Shown here piece after piece: positions 8,720 to 18,800 of a stretch of DNA of 64,000 nucleotides (positions within the stretch are counted from its first letter, which is position 1; each line of letters begins with the position of its first letter). Made by a program: the position numbers and the translations under genes. The notes beneath the pieces were generated by a model that was given only the letters and a program-made list of their open reading frames with translations, did no database searches and was not told the DNA's origin. Origin of the DNA: Desulfomonilia bacterium (GTDB taxonomy: Bacteria; Desulfobacterota; Desulfomonilia; UBA1062); NCBI GenBank assembly GCA_963664325.2, contig CAXXDQ010000007.1, forward strand, positions 32,001 to 96,000, in the 5' to 3' direction.

Positions 8720-9961
8720 TTAAACCTCCTTGCAGTCAAAGAAGAAACGGGCGATGTCCATCTTGACCGGGACGTCGGCGCCCACGCCGCAAAGGCAGGA
8801 CTGTATGGTTTTGATGTCGCGCCAGTGCTTCTCGACATGCCATTCCTTTGCATAGCCGGCCGAGCCCATCAGCTCCATGCCCTTGTTGACGGCGTTGATG
8901 CAGGACTGCTGAATGCGTCCGCCGAGCATCTGGGCGAACGTGTAGACCCCGGCGTTGCCCATGCCGCCCAGGTCCCCGGACTGGGCCATGATGTGCGCCA
9001 GGCTGAAGGATAGGAGCCGGGCGCAGGCTATCTCCTCGGCCACGGTGGCTAGGACCGAGGCGCACAGGGGGTTTTCCTTCATGATCGAACTGCCTTTTAT
9101 GGTGCGGGCTTCGGCCCAGTCCGCGACTATTTCAAAGAAATTCATGGCCGCGCCCAGGCTCGTGCCGCCCAGGAGCAGATTGAGCCAGCAAATGAGTTCA
9201 TGCAGCGCCCCTTCGCGCTCGATCACGAAGCCTTTCGGGACCCTGACCTGATCGAAGTCCACATCGGCGTTTTTGAGGCCGTTCAGACCGGTGGTTTTGA
9301 TGGGGCTGCCTTTTTTTACCCCTTTGGCATCAGTCGGGACAAAGGCCAGGCAGGGCTTTCCGTCCTTGCCAGCCGCCGCCACGCAGAAGAGGTCGGCATC
9401 GTGGCCCGACCCGAGCGGGCGGAGGCGAGTGCCACTTAATGTAAAATCGTCCTTGCCCGGGTTCAGGGCGGCGCACAGCGGGCGGCCGTCGAAGAGTGGG
9501 GCTTCCTGACCGATGACGCCCGTAGAGGGCAGGATCAGCGAGAAGTTTTTCAGGGTTTCTCCGAAATATGCCGGGGCCAGTTCTGTGCACAGGTTGTGGT
9601 CTGTATTGGGCTTCATGGAGATCACTGCGAAAGCTGCGAATTTCATGGCGGAGGCGAAACCGATGGCCGCGTCGGCCCGGCCGAGTTCGGTGAATACGGT
9701 CAGGATTCCCGGTGCGCTTGATGGCGCGTTCCATCCGTAGCCCCCCTGTTCCTCGGGCAAAACCAGGCGCTCGAAGCCGATATCGGCTATGAGCTTCTGG
9801 CGCATGGCGGTAAAGAGTGTGTCATACTCCTTCTGATAATCTAGTCGCTTGGCAAGGATTTCCCTCTCGGCCCATTGCCGGGTGGTGGCGGCGAAGCGGC
9901 GTGCCTCGTCATCAACCCACTGCCGCGGGAAGAGAAACAGTCCGTCCAGGTTTTTCTTCAT
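8720..9961 (-). CDS. divergent acyl-CoA dehydrogenase family protein (possible heteromer partner)
   Basis: PEEQGG, FDQVRVP and MGSAGYAKEWHVEKHWRD motifs; lacks the TEP FAD-binding motif. Confidence 0.85.
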   Translation of the reverse strand: MKKNLDGLFLFPRQWVDDEARRFAATTRQWAEREILAKRLDYQKEYDTLFTAMRQKLIADIGFERLVLPEEQGGYGWNAPSSAPGILTVFTELGRADAAIGFASAMKFAAFAVISMKPNTDHNLCTELAPAYFGETLKNFSLILPSTGVIGQEAPLFDGRPLCAALNPGKDDFTLSGTRLRPLGSGHDADLFCVAAAGKDGKPCLAFVPTDAKGVKKGSPIKTTGLNGLKNADVDFDQVRVPKGFVIEREGALHELICWLNLLLGGTSLGAAMNFFEIVADWAEARTIKGSSIMKENPLCASVLATVAEEIACARLLSFSLAHIMAQSGDLGGMGNAGVYTFAQMLGGRIQQSCINAVNKGMELMGSAGYAKEWHVEKHWRDIKTIQSCLCGVGADVPVKMDIARFFFDCKEV

Positions 9962-9976
9962 GCAACCTCCCTTGTG

Positions 9977-10705
9977 TTATATTTTTCTCAGGCCGTCCTT
10001 GCCCGTTGTCTTGTCCGGCGAGAAGAAGAGGGCCCCGGTATGAACAGGCTTGCAGTCGGAACCGGACTGTTCGAGAATGTCCCTGCCGGTCTCCGTGAGA
10101 CAGGCGTCGAACATGGCCATGTTCATGCGGATGATGGCATCGATGGCCTGTTCGCGCGTGAACTGCTTTTCCACGATGTAGCTGTGGATGATCTGCATGG
10201 CCATGCCGACCACTGCGTGACCCAAAATCATGGGATTTATGCCGGATATGATGCCCTGGTCCAGCCAGTTCTGGACATCTGCGGCAAGGTCATGCGCCCA
10301 GCTGTTGAAGGAGAACCAGGAGCTGGCGTCGAAATCCTCGTCAACGCCATAGCTGCCGCGCAGGACCATAAGTATGAGGTCGGGGTTGGCGTCTATGTAT
10401 TCGAAAAGCGCGTTATAGGTCTCATGCAGCTTGAGCGAGCGCTCGGAGCGGTCCCATATATTGACCGGTCGCCTGAGGTCTATCAGGTAGTCGCGGAGAT
10501 TCCTGAAACTGCCGCCCGTGATTTTCTCAAAAAGGTCGCGCTTGTCCCTGAAATAGATATAGAAGGTGCCCGCCGAGATGCCCACGGCCTTTACGATATC
10601 CATGACCTGGGTGTTATGAAAACCCAGCCTGCTGAAGAGCTCGGTCGCGGCGCGCTTGATTTTATCAAGCGTCTCCAGCCGCTTGGCATCTGAGATCTTA
10701 GGCAT
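9977..10705 (-). CDS. TetR/AcrR family transcriptional regulator
   Basis: AATELFSRLGFHNTQVMDIVKAVGISAGTFYIYFRDK helix-turn-helix. Confidence 0.93.
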   Translation of the reverse strand: MPKISDAKRLETLDKIKRAATELFSRLGFHNTQVMDIVKAVGISAGTFYIYFRDKRDLFEKITGGSFRNLRDYLIDLRRPVNIWDRSERSLKLHETYNALFEYIDANPDLILMVLRGSYGVDEDFDASSWFSFNSWAHDLAADVQNWLDQGIISGINPMILGHAVVGMAMQIIHSYIVEKQFTREQAIDAIIRMNMAMFDACLTETGRDILEQSGSDCKPVHTGALFFSPDKTTGKDGLRKI

Positions 10706-10786
10706 GGGGCCTCCCTCTTTATATCATCCTGGATATTAAAACCTGTCACAAGCAGATGTGCATCAAAGGTGAGAGTCTGAAGCAAA

Positions 10787-10816
10787 TGCAGAATAATGAA
10801 ACGTCATTATTCTGCA
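10787..10816. promoter_or_regulatory. perfect 13-bp inverted repeat, candidate TetR operator
   Basis: TGCAGAATAATGA-aacg-TCATTATTCTGCA, about 80 bp upstream of the TetR start. Confidence 0.6.
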
Positions 10817-10974
10817 AAATAACGATGAACTTACAATATGTCAATATCGTTAAAATTAGAAATGATTATGTTCGAATATTCGTTAATTCAATTTGGATAA
10901 AGTGTGTTGAAGATTACGGCATGTATTTAAAGAACAAGATAAATTGTAAAATAAATGAATAATTAAAATGTCTA

Positions 10975-11004
10975 TTGACTAATTAAAATACTATTGCTAA
11001 TAAT
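10975..11004 (+). promoter_or_regulatory. candidate sigma70 promoter for the Rhs operon
   Basis: TTGACT-17 nt-TAATAA with a TG extension; the region is very AT-rich, so a chance match is possible. Confidence 0.35.
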
Positions 11005-11100
11005 ATGACAAATATGCTATGAAATAACAATAATAATTAATATGATAATGTAATTATCGGCTGTTTGCCGATTATATTTAATAATTAAAGGAGGTCTGTC

Positions 11101-14100
11101 ATGGTGGCCATAATATTATTCGGTCGGTGCCGGGGCATGGTTTTGCTTCCTCTACTCCGTAATCTTTCAATTCTGCTTCTGATTTGTTTCCTTATTACAT
11201 CCTGCAAACCAGATGCTCAATTCAGAGCATTTCCGACTAGCGGCAATGCCCCATTGACGGTGTATTTTGATGCCTCATCAGGCAAAGTCAAAGAAAACGA
11301 AAAGTTAACATACAAATGGGATTTCGACAGCGACGGTGTTACAGACGCAAAAGGACTCACCGCCTCGCACAGATATAACGCCGGTGTTTATAATGCGACT
11401 TTAACTGTCACAGATGAAAAAGGTATGTCAACCAAGACATCGCAAAAAATTAAAGCAGGATCAGGGGCGAGTATTCTGTCCGGTGCCTTGTCTGCAGACG
11501 CAGGAGAAGGTGAGGCAGAATCGGATCCCAATTACAATTCAAAGGGAATTACACCATTTCATAACTTTTCAAGCATGATGCCCTGTGAACAGGTCGATCC
11601 GTTCACAGGCAACCTTATGCTGACTCTGACACCATTTTCATTGCCACAGAAAGGCGGATGGAACCTGAATATCAATCTCGTTTATAACAGCAAGATATTC
11701 AGAGATCCGCAGTTCAAAGACATCGCTGAGGATTCCTGGGTCGGAATCGGCTGGTCGCTGCATATGGGACGCATCATCGCACCAGGCACACCATCGATGG
11801 CGGTTGAAATGCCGGATGGTTCATCGCATCAATGCTATTCAACCAATGGTGACGGAAGCAATGCCATTCAACCCTGGAGAACGCGGGAAAATTGGCTTAT
11901 CACCCGTGAAGATGAAATATATACGCTTGTTCTGGATGACGGGACAAAATATATCTTTGAATCCCTGGGCGGAGTGGTTGCCGGAAATAAAGTCTGTTAT
12001 CCGGCAACAAAAATCACCGATACATCCGATAATGATGTGATTATAAGCTACAGTCCCAGACAAACGATGTCCGGCAGACTGCCCTTTATTGACAATATTA
12101 GAGACACTTATGAAAGAGTAATCACCTTTTATCCCATCGTAAACGAAACCGGTCCATCATATTTGCAATCCATTTCATCAGGTGGGAGAACCTTTAATTT
12201 CACCTATTATAATGTTCCCGGGCAGGTAGGACCTTCAAGATATAAACTTCTAACAACTTTCAACGCGCCGCTGGATCAGAACTGGCGGTTCAATTACTAT
12301 GTGAAGAAGCCATTATTTGAACTGAAATCCTTTGTAACTCCAACAGGTGCCAAGATCAGTTATACCTACAACACAATGTCTTTTACTGATTTCAACAAAA
12401 GGCCGTTTAAACCCTTGAAGTTTCGTTCAGTAATTAAAAAGGAGCTTTCAGGTGACACCGTACCCGGCATCTGGGAGTATGAATATCAGAATGGCAACCA
12501 GACAAGGATTATTTGCAAAGACGGTTCCGATAAAATAGTAAGGGAAGAAATATACAATTTCTACGGTTATAACGATGTTGGCTACGGTTCTTTCTGGCTT
12601 ACCGGACTGGTAAGAAAAAAAACCCTGGGATATATATCAAAGGATGGGTTTCTTCGCAGAAGCCAGGAGGAAAATTATTCCTGGGACAGGCATATTGTAG
12701 TGGATCATGTTTCCGGCTCACTGCATTACGACGACAAGGTATATGCCCCTGTACTTAAGAAGAAAGAGATTATAAGAGGAACGAATAAAATATATACAAC
12801 AACTTATGATGGTTATAAGGATAATCCCTACGGACATCCAACATCAATAACCGAAACAGGCGACAGGACAAGAACGACAAACGTTGCATACTGGTATAAG
12901 GCTGATAAAAATATTGTAAATAACAGTCATGTAAGTTCAAAGACAGTCACTGTAGATGGCGAAAGCTATATCGATACATTCAGCTACTGGGAAAATACCG
13001 GCAAACTCCACACCAAAACGCTTATCGGTGTTACAACGACTTATGTCTATGACGGGTTCGGCAATCTTGAAATCATCACGGATGCAAACGGTCATTCAGT
13101 CAATTATGAAAATTACAAGTTCGGAAAACCCCAGACCATAGACAAGACCGAATATATTGAGAAATATGTAATAAATAATCAGTGGGGCGACACGGACCAG
13201 CAGTACATTGAGGGACGCGGCAATACTACATCCTATACTTATGACGGGTTAGGCAGGCTTAAAACAATAACCCCCCCTGTAGGTGCATCGACTGTTTATT
13301 CTTATCCGCTCCATGGCACATATGTGCTTGAATCAAGAGGCGGGTATTCGTTGTATACAATGTATGACTCACTTGGCAGGAAAACAGGCGCATATGAAGT
13401 CGGCGCATCAGTCAGAACAGACATCGAATATGACATACTCGGTCGAAAAATCTTTGAATCATACCCTTACAGTGTTGTATCTTTCACGCCTGCAGACCGG
13501 GAGGTTCAAAATCTGTCCCAGGATAATTATGATCCGAATTCACCTCCGGAAACACCAAGTCCGCCCTATGACCTTTCAGCGATACCTGGAGATACATATA
13601 TAACCATTGAATGGAAATGCGACTCAAATGAAGTATTTTTTGATATTAAGGACAACAGCGGGATTGTTTATCAGATGGGTGATATCAATGCATTTAGCCT
13701 ATACGGGCTTGAGCCGAGCACTGATTATCAGTTCCAGGTCAGGTCTGTGAGCTGGTATGACAGTACAATTACCTCAGAATGGGTATCTATCGGGGCAAGA
13801 ACAACAACTCCTGATACAACACCGCCTGCATCAGTAGAGAATTTCCATGCAACAACAAACGTCGATTCTGTCGAACTGACCTGGGACGGAAACACCGAGG
13901 CCGATTTGAAAGGGTACTGCATTGAATCCCAGGAACAGGGCAGCGGCGTCTGGAATTCCATAGCAAACCCCGGTTTTCCAGGAATGATAGAGGAATTTTC
14001 CTGCATCAAAGGCATGACATCCTGGACGGTGTTCAGTACCTTCATTAATCCTTTCTCAACTTACAAGTTCAGAATTCGAGCGGTGGACAGGAGCAGGAAC

Positions 14101-14148
14101 GAATCAAATAGTGTCGAATCCGGATGGGTAACACCCGGTCTGATATAG
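11101..14148 (+). CDS. split-Rhs part 1: lipoprotein signal + PKD + Rhs N-terminal/YD repeats + two FnIII domains
   Basis: GGAGG RBS; lipobox ITS-C35; PKD (YKWDFDSDG); EQVDPFTGNL and WVGIGWSLH Rhs N-terminal motifs; YD repeats up to YDILGRKIFESYPYS; FnIII (GLEPSTDYQFQVRSV, YKFRIRAVD). Confidence 0.88.
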   Translation: MVAIILFGRCRGMVLLPLLRNLSILLLICFLITSCKPDAQFRAFPTSGNAPLTVYFDASSGKVKENEKLTYKWDFDSDGVTDAKGLTASHRYNAGVYNATLTVTDEKGMSTKTSQKIKAGSGASILSGALSADAGEGEAESDPNYNSKGITPFHNFSSMMPCEQVDPFTGNLMLTLTPFSLPQKGGWNLNINLVYNSKIFRDPQFKDIAEDSWVGIGWSLHMGRIIAPGTPSMAVEMPDGSSHQCYSTNGDGSNAIQPWRTRENWLITREDEIYTLVLDDGTKYIFESLGGVVAGNKVCYPATKITDTSDNDVIISYSPRQTMSGRLPFIDNIRDTYERVITFYPIVNETGPSYLQSISSGGRTFNFTYYNVPGQVGPSRYKLLTTFNAPLDQNWRFNYYVKKPLFELKSFVTPTGAKISYTYNTMSFTDFNKRPFKPLKFRSVIKKELSGDTVPGIWEYEYQNGNQTRIICKDGSDKIVREEIYNFYGYNDVGYGSFWLTGLVRKKTLGYISKDGFLRRSQEENYSWDRHIVVDHVSGSLHYDDKVYAPVLKKKEIIRGTNKIYTTTYDGYKDNPYGHPTSITETGDRTRTTNVAYWYKADKNIVNNSHVSSKTVTVDGESYIDTFSYWENTGKLHTKTLIGVTTTYVYDGFGNLEIITDANGHSVNYENYKFGKPQTIDKTEYIEKYVINNQWGDTDQQYIEGRGNTTSYTYDGLGRLKTITPPVGASTVYSYPLHGTYVLESRGGYSLYTMYDSLGRKTGAYEVGASVRTDIEYDILGRKIFESYPYSVVSFTPADREVQNLSQDNYDPNSPPETPSPPYDLSAIPGDTYITIEWKCDSNEVFFDIKDNSGIVYQMGDINAFSLYGLEPSTDYQFQVRSVSWYDSTITSEWVSIGARTTTPDTTPPASVENFHATTNVDSVELTWDGNTEADLKGYCIESQEQGSGVWNSIANPGFPGMIEEFSCIKGMTSWTVFSTFINPFSTYKFRIRAVDRSRNESNSVESGWVTPGLI

Positions 14149-14158
14149 GAGGTCTGTT

Positions 14159-15802
14159 ATGATTAACAACAAAACATTTGGAACAATTGTACTGACGGTC
14201 ATAGTCTGTTTGTTATCAGTCTCCAGAGGGCTTTGTGCTGATGGTACGAAATATACCTATGATAATCTTGACAGACTGATAGAAATCAAAAGAGCAGATG
14301 AGAAAATAATTTGCCATACTGTGTATGATGATGATGTCAATGCAGCAACAATTTACAAGGAAAACAACTACGCTACTGAATATAAATACGAATCCTTTGG
14401 TGATCCTGATGTAAAAAAGGTGGTGAATGTTTCTACGCCAAATCAAGGTGATCCCAGGGTTGATCCGTATGGTAATTGGGATTACAGATACACGGTCCTG
14501 GGAAATACCGAATATACATATAATGCAAAAGGCAATCTCATAAAGGTTATAATATCCGGAGAAGACATATATGCCAACGAACATACCGCAATCCATGAAT
14601 ATAAATATAATTCCAAGCAGTTCCTGGTAGCGGAAATACATCCGGAGATGAATACATTCTCCAGCAGTTATGGGAATGTCAGTATTTCATATATCCGGGA
14701 CATGGCGGGAAACATCATATCAAAGACTGACGCAAGAGGAACAACCGGATATGCTTATGACGGTTTGAACAGGGTAAGGACAATAAATTATCCAGGCGAT
14801 ACCCCGGATGTCTCATACATCTATGACAAGGATGTTTTATGGCAAATGATATCTACACAATCGAACGGAGAGACCCTGATCGCCTACACGTACGGATATT
14901 GGCCTGACAACAAACTTTATACCAAGTCCTATAGCATCAATGGCAAAAACTATCAGGAGACCTTTACATACAATGATTTAAGAAATATTCAGACCATAAC
15001 CTACCCAAGTTCGAGAGTGATAACATATTATTATTACGGTGACGGCATAAGGATTGATCGTGTATACGACTCCGTTTTGAGCAAGAACCTGGTATCGAAC
15101 ATAACCTATCATCCGGGCAGTCAGATTTCAGGATATATATACGGCGACAGCACTAGCATAAGAACCGATATAGGTTATGACAGATTTCAGAGGGCGGAGA
15201 CGATAAAAGCAGGCACGGTGTCCAACATCGGATCAGTGACAAATCAAAAATATGGATATTCTTTTAATAACAATATCTCTACGATCACTGATAATAATAA
15301 TTCAGACAATACGATAGAACTTGTTCAGGATGGCCATGACAGGCTTACTTATGCATACGGTCCCTGGGGAATCTTGATGTATGGTTATGATTACCTGGAC
15401 AACAGGATAGAGATGACACGGATTTCCGGGCTGGATGTATGGGGCACGACTTACGGGTATGAGAATAATCGTCTAGTCAGTTCGAAAACGGTTATGATAA
15501 ATGGAGAAATTACTGTTAACATTCCTTATGATGCATCAGGCAACATCACCAAATCCGGGAATAACGAACTGATTTATGACTATGCGAACAGGATAACTCA
15601 TGTAGCGGGTGTCCAGGCATACTGGTATGACGGCAACGGGGACAGAATCATCAAGAAGACCGGTGGCAAAACCACGATTTATCATTATGGGTTCAATGGG
15701 AATGTAATATCGGAAAGTTCCGAATCTGGTCTGGATTTTATTGATTATATTTATCTTGGCTCGAAAATCCTTGTCAAATGCCACAAGAGAGGGGAGTCAT
15801 GA
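14159..15802 (+). CDS. split-Rhs part 2: signal peptide + YD-repeat shell segment
   Basis: AGGAGG RBS; Sec signal ending GLCA; starts GTKYTYDNLDR, continuous YD repeats, ends YIYLGSKILVK; no Rhs core. Confidence 0.88.
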   Translation: MINNKTFGTIVLTVIVCLLSVSRGLCADGTKYTYDNLDRLIEIKRADEKIICHTVYDDDVNAATIYKENNYATEYKYESFGDPDVKKVVNVSTPNQGDPRVDPYGNWDYRYTVLGNTEYTYNAKGNLIKVIISGEDIYANEHTAIHEYKYNSKQFLVAEIHPEMNTFSSSYGNVSISYIRDMAGNIISKTDARGTTGYAYDGLNRVRTINYPGDTPDVSYIYDKDVLWQMISTQSNGETLIAYTYGYWPDNKLYTKSYSINGKNYQETFTYNDLRNIQTITYPSSRVITYYYYGDGIRIDRVYDSVLSKNLVSNITYHPGSQISGYIYGDSTSIRTDIGYDRFQRAETIKAGTVSNIGSVTNQKYGYSFNNNISTITDNNNSDNTIELVQDGHDRLTYAYGPWGILMYGYDYLDNRIEMTRISGLDVWGTTYGYENNRLVSSKTVMINGEITVNIPYDASGNITKSGNNELIYDYANRITHVAGVQAYWYDGNGDRIIKKTGGKTTIYHYGFNGNVISESSESGLDFIDYIYLGSKILVKCHKRGES

Positions 15803-18800
15803 TGAATATTTCAGTTAATTTCTGGAAAACGATCCTGATCGGGGTCATTTTAATCGGCAATAATTTATTGTTAGGTTGCAAGCCGACCGTATTTATAAAC
15901 GCATCTGTTGAAAACGGCAAACCCCCGCTGGAAGTAAAATTTGATGGTTTTAAAACGAAAGATTTGGGTAATGATATCATCAGGTATGAATGGGATTTCA
16001 CCAACGACGGATCGATTGATTCAACCGGAATCGAAACTTCACACATATATGATATACCGGGAAAATATTCTGCAAGGCTTGTAGTAACAGACAGTAAGGG
16101 CAATAGCTCGGAGGCAAAAAAGATTATCACAGTGGAACCATATGCCAGGCCACAGGCTGTTATTGAAATGAGCCAGCAAAGAGGTGAGGCTCCTCTCGAA
16201 GTCGTGTTTGACGGCTCTTTTTCGACTGATGAAGATAATGATATTGTCACATACAACTGGGATTTCGACAATGATGGCGAATTTGAAATAGTCGGATCGA
16301 TAAAGCCGGTTAAAATTTTTGAAAGCCCCGGTGAATATACTGTCAGGCTTCTCGTTATTGACGCGCAGGGACTTTCATCGGAAACAGCTGCAACTGTGGA
16401 TGCGACTGTACACAAAGAATTCCAGGCTGTTATTAAAGCAACGCCTGACGCAGGAGAATCTCCATTAAGGGTTGAATTTGACGGTTCAAGTTCCACCGAT
16501 AACGGTTACGATCCTATTTCAAGCTATGACTGGGATTTTGATAATGACGGGATAATCGATGTTTCAAACAGTGTTACCACTGCACATACATACGATAAAC
16601 CTGGCAAGTATACTGCAAAACTTATCATAACAGACAGCAAGGGCAACAAAGCTGAAGCGGTCCAGGTGATCAGATCGTATGGAAAAGAACGGGGTTATAT
16701 CCCTCTTTATATGCCTGGTGACGATTTTCCATATAAACATTACCTTGCTATCTTTGATTCCAGTTCACAGTCGTTGATTGAGACCATTGAACTGCCCGTA
16801 AGCGCTTCCGGTTATGCCGCCCATCCCAGCGGAAAAAAGCTATATTTCAGCCATTGGGAAGATACAGGAGAAGAGCTTGTAACATTTATCGATATATTTG
16901 ATACTTATACCAGAACTATCATACAGAGCATAAATGTAGGTAGTATCGGTTCAGTTAATAGCCTTGCTGTAAGTCCCAACGGAAAAAAGCTCTATATCGG
17001 CACTCATTTTGGTTTATATTCTCTCAAACTCAGTGACAACAGCTTTAATGTCGTATTAAGTGGTGGGGCTTTTTATAAGATGGCTTTCAGCAGAGATGGA
17101 GGGACAAGACTATACATAGTACATAGTTTTCCTCACGGATCCCAATATATAACAGAAATTGATACATCAAACGACAGATTTACAAGGGAACATTATGTAT
17201 CAGGTTACATATACGGTATTGAGTGTTACAATGTGGGGGCTTCCCCGAATTTTGCACAATTCAATGATTTTCAACCTTATGTTTACCTGCTAACACATGA
17301 TTCTTTTCCCGCCCCTCAACAAAATGAACAGACAAATTACATTACATGGGTGGAAACAGAATTTGCAGGAAATTATCTTTCCAATTATGTAAAAGAACTT
17401 CTCCCGGCTGATGGATATTTCAATTATCTCGCATCAAACTGGAATGGAACAAGATTATATACTGCCGAACAGTCTTCGGAAAACACAAGTAGTATTCTTA
17501 ATATAATAAAAATCGATACAGCCGATCGTATTATGGAAAACCTAATGTTGTGTGACATTGTAACGAAAGGGGGATTTGAATATTTATCAGGGTTTGGAGT
17601 CCCCATCTCTGACACAAGACTTTTCATATTGAGCCAGACAAATATTGATCCTGAATGGGATGAGGGGGATCCTATTATAACGTGTCTTTCCACGGATACT
17701 CTGTTATTAGATGAAACGATCGTTCTTCCTTATCATCTTGACTATGGGGTAAATAACTTCATGGTTTATTCTCTTAACAAAATCAGCGGGCGCATCCTTT
17801 CCGGTGGAATTCCATTGGCCGGTTATCCAGTTGTAATTTCCGACGGGAAGGTCACAAAGACATCATACACCGACGAAGACGGCTATTACACCTTCTATAT
17901 GCCGGATGGTTCGTACGATTTGAAGTTTTTAAACGATGACAGCCTTTGTTCTGTTGATGAAATGCCCCTTAATGTTAATGGCCAGGATATTGACATTCCC
18001 GATGTCGCGGAATTGCTTCATCTCGTTTGCAGCGTCAGTGATGATGTTATATACAGGGGTGAAAGCACAACCCTGTCATGGACGACAAGACAGGCAGAAT
18101 CTGTCAAAATAACTCCAAGTCTTGGCCAGGACATAGGAAGTGTTGATGTTAACGGGTCTCTAGATGTATCACCGTTAAAGAAAACTACATATTCAATTCA
18201 GGCCAGAGGCAACGGACGATCACTAACAAAAGAGTTGAGGGTTTCAGTATTGTATGTAGCTAAGATTCTAGAATTCAATTCTGACAGGACTACTGTTTAC
18301 GAAGGCGAATCGGTCACCCTTAATTGGGTGATTGAGGATGCGGAAGAAATATATCTTAACGGAGAAGAGATATGCGACAGCATCGGAAGCATTACGGTCA
18401 CACCCGGTCAGACGGAATCGTCGTATACAATCAGGGCGAGAGGGACAACTGGAGACTATATCATCCGTACTATAACAATATCGGTTGTTCCTCAAGTGGT
18501 TTACTATCACTACGATATTCTCGGGAACACCATAGCCCAGACGGATGATCAGGGGCGGGTGATAATGAAGGCGGACTTTTTGCCCTACGGTGCGGCCGAG
18601 CAGGACCTGACCGGCAGGGGGACTCCTGAAACCCGCCTCTACACAGGCAAGGAGCGTGACGAGACCGGACTGGATTATTTCGGGGCCCGTTATTATGACT
18701 CGAGCCTGGGCCGCTTCCTGAGCGTCGACCCGGCAGGGCCCGACCCCATGAATCCGATGTCATGGAACAGGTATGCATACTGCTTGAATAACCCTTATAA

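Noticed and set aside
9875-10693. Long antisense ORFs (e.g. 9875-10693, 5649-6326, 6948-7676, 15774-16496, 31111-31779, 36858-37625, 53897-54598)
   Set aside because: They lie opposite well-supported genes, have no motifs, and are expected from codon bias.
10756-10962. 68-aa ORF in the AT-rich intergenic region
   Set aside because: Low-complexity, overlaps the operator-like palindrome and has no RBS; more likely promoter DNA.
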